A stretch of 64,000 nt of DNA from Planctomycetota bacterium (GTDB taxonomy: Bacteria; Planctomycetota; UBA1135; UBA2386), in NCBI GenBank assembly GCA_965223545.1, contig OZ245006.1, positions 4,608,001 to 4,672,000 of the forward strand, read 5' to 3'. A program made the translations under genes and the position numbers. The notes under the pieces were generated by a model, which was not told the origin of the DNA, did no database searches, and worked only from the letters and a program-made list of their open reading frames with translations. Positions 62,205 to 64,000 of the stretch are shown one piece after another (within the stretch, counting starts at the first letter, position 1; every line of letters begins with the position of its first letter).

Positions 62205-64000
62205 TCAGTCGGCGCGCAGCAACAGCTCGGTCGCCAGGCGGCGCAGCTCTTCCTCGGCGTCGTTGATCGACGCGTGCTGCAGCGCGTTGCGGGCGTGGTC
62301 GTCGAGCACCCGGCCGATGGCCTGGATCGCGGCTTCGCGCACCCGCACGTCCGGGTCCTGTAGCACGATCTCGGCGAGTGCGCTGCGCGCGCGGTCGGTG
62401 CCCAGCTCGGCCAGCGTCTCGGCGGCGCGGCCGCGCACGTTGTGGGACGCGTCACCGCGCGCTGTGGCGATCAGCCGCTGCTCGGCGGAGGCGCCGCGCG
62501 CGCTGCGCATGGCGATCACCGCCGCTTCGCGCAAGCGCTCGTCGGCGTGGTCGAGGTAGGCTTGAGCGTGCGCGGCAGCCTCGGCAGAGCCGGAGTTGCC
62601 CAGGGCGTGCAGCCAGGCGTCGAGGTTGTCGCTGCCCTCGTACTGCTCCTCCAGCGCGACCAATGCGTCCAGCGCGCTGCGGCCGTCGGCCAGCGGCGCG
62701 GTGGCGCGCGGCGCGACCGTGCCCAGCACCATCAGGCCGAGGCGCCCGAGGTCGTCGCCGTCTGCCGCGGTTGCCGAGGCCAGCATGCGTTCCATCGTCG
62801 CCGGGGTCGGCTCTTGCACCTGGGTCAACGCCATCGTCGCGGCGCCGCGCAGGGCGGGCGGCACGTCGCCGTCGTGTTGGATGCGCAGCAGGGCGGCCTG
62901 CGCGCGGTCGGTGCCGGCCGCGCCGAGGGCGGTCAGCAGGGCGACGGCGGAGGACTCGTCCAGCGCACCCGGCCGCAGCCACGCCGCCACCTCGTCGGCC
63001 AGCTCGGGGCGCAGCTCGAGCAGGCGCGCGAGCTTCTCCCAGGCGTCGCGGTAGTCCTCGGTGTCCTCGGCGCCGCTGGCGGCCAGCGCCGCCATGCGGC
63101 CGATCAGATCGCGCAGCTCGACGCCCTCGAGCTCGCGCTGCCAGCTCAGCATCTCGCGCTCTTGCGCCAGGGCGAACGCGGCGTCCTGGTCGCCGCCGAC
63201 CGGCTCCCACGCGGCGTCCCAATCGACGCGCGCCAGAGTCGAGAGCGGCAGCTTGGTGCACTCTTCGAGCCGCACCGAGCCGGTGCAGCGGGCGGCGATG
63301 TCGACGTCGAGCGCGTCGAACGAGACCGTCGTGCGGTCATCGAAGTCGGCGTCGGCGAGCCAGCCCGCGGCCTCGCTGAGGCGCGCGGTCGAACGGCCCT
63401 GCACGGTGATCGTCAGGTCGCCCTGCCCGCGGGTGCGCACGTTGGGGGCGGTGTAGTGTTCGCGTTCGCGGACCAGGGTGCGATCGGCGTCCGCCACCTC
63501 CAGCCAGCGGTACGCCGCCTCGAACTCGCCGGTGTCGTCCTGATCCAGCGCCGTCCAGGTCGGCTGTTGTTCCGCCTCGTGCGGGACGATGAAGCGCAGA
63601 CCGGCGAGCACCGCGCGCACGTGCGCCTTGTGCAGGTAGGTGAAGCGCTGGGGAAACCGGTAGCCGGTGACCTGGCCCTCGGTGTCGATGCGCATCAGGG
63701 TGGGCTGTGCCAGCGCCGCACACAGCTCGTCGACCACCGGCTTCGCGGCGTCCGACGCGGCGATGCCGCGCGCCCCGTGGAGCCCCGGCAGTCGGACGGC
63801 GACCACCGCCTCCTGCTCGCGCCGGTCGAGCACCGTGAGCTGCAGCTGGCCGGCGAGGTGGGCTTGCGAGTTCTGTGCCCGGGCGCCATCGGTCCGGCGC
63901 GCCAACTCGCTGCCCACGGTGAACTCGAGGGCGTAGGAGAGCTGCTGCCCGATCGGTGCGACGTACACGCCCTCGAGCCGCGCGGCGGGGCGGCTCTGCC
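62205..64000 (-). CDS. HEAT-repeat protein with vitellogenin/MTP-like N-terminal lipid transport module (5' end outside window)
   Basis: Frame open to the window edge; QDDTGEFEAAY, LTALGAAGT, LMVLGTV, LHALGNSG, LREAAVIAMR motifs. Confidence 0.7.
   Translation of the reverse strand, partial: QSRPAARLEGVYVAPIGQQLSYALEFTVGSELARRTDGARAQNSQAHLAGQLQLTVLDRREQEAVVAVRLPGLHGARGIAASDAAKPVVDELCAALAQPTLMRIDTEGQVTGYRFPQRFTYLHKAHVRAVLAGLRFIVPHEAEQQPTWTALDQDDTGEFEAAYRWLEVADADRTLVREREHYTAPNVRTRGQGDLTITVQGRSTARLSEAAGWLADADFDDRTTVSFDALDVDIAARCTGSVRLEECTKLPLSTLARVDWDAAWEPVGGDQDAAFALAQEREMLSWQRELEGVELRDLIGRMAALAASGAEDTEDYRDAWEKLARLLELRPELADEVAAWLRPGALDESSAVALLTALGAAGTDRAQAALLRIQHDGDVPPALRGAATMALTQVQEPTPATMERMLASATAADGDDLGRLGLMVLGTVAPRATAPLADGRSALDALVALEEQYEGSDNLDAWLHALGNSGSAEAAAHAQAYLDHADERLREAAVIAMRSARGASAEQRLIATARGDASHNVRGRAAETLAELGTDRARSALAEIVLQDPDVRVREAAIQAIGRVLDDHARNALQHASINDAEEELRRLATELLLRAD

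Overview
High-GC bacterial chromosomal window, most consistent with a Planctomycetota genome (DUF1501 plus PSD1/planctomycete cytochrome c pair, ECF sigma factors next to Ser/Thr kinases, many secreted beta-propeller proteins). About 40 genes can be supported. I saw no rRNA, tRNA or CRISPR array. Highlights: (1) a ~12 kb accessory island (17.8-29.6 kb) bounded by a decayed ~200 bp direct repeat covering the 3' end of icd and the start of the next SDR gene; it carries a TIR protein, an ECF-secreted protein-kinase module and several relics, but no integrase; (2) a two-gene pair at the right edge resembling a split bacterial version of the vitellogenin/MTP/apoB large lipid transfer protein fold; (3) five otherwise unrelated secreted proteins sharing a ~120 aa C-terminal domain, a candidate sorting or anchoring signal; (4) a circularly permuted SGNH hydrolase; (5) a 28 bp palindromic repeat at three gene junctions; (6) an orphan RiPP-type B12 radical SAM enzyme with ankyrin and PhyH-type dioxygenase genes; (7) a repeated leaderless-promoter signature. 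All assignments are by eye from motifs; no database search was run, and several start codons are my choice rather than the ORF track's.
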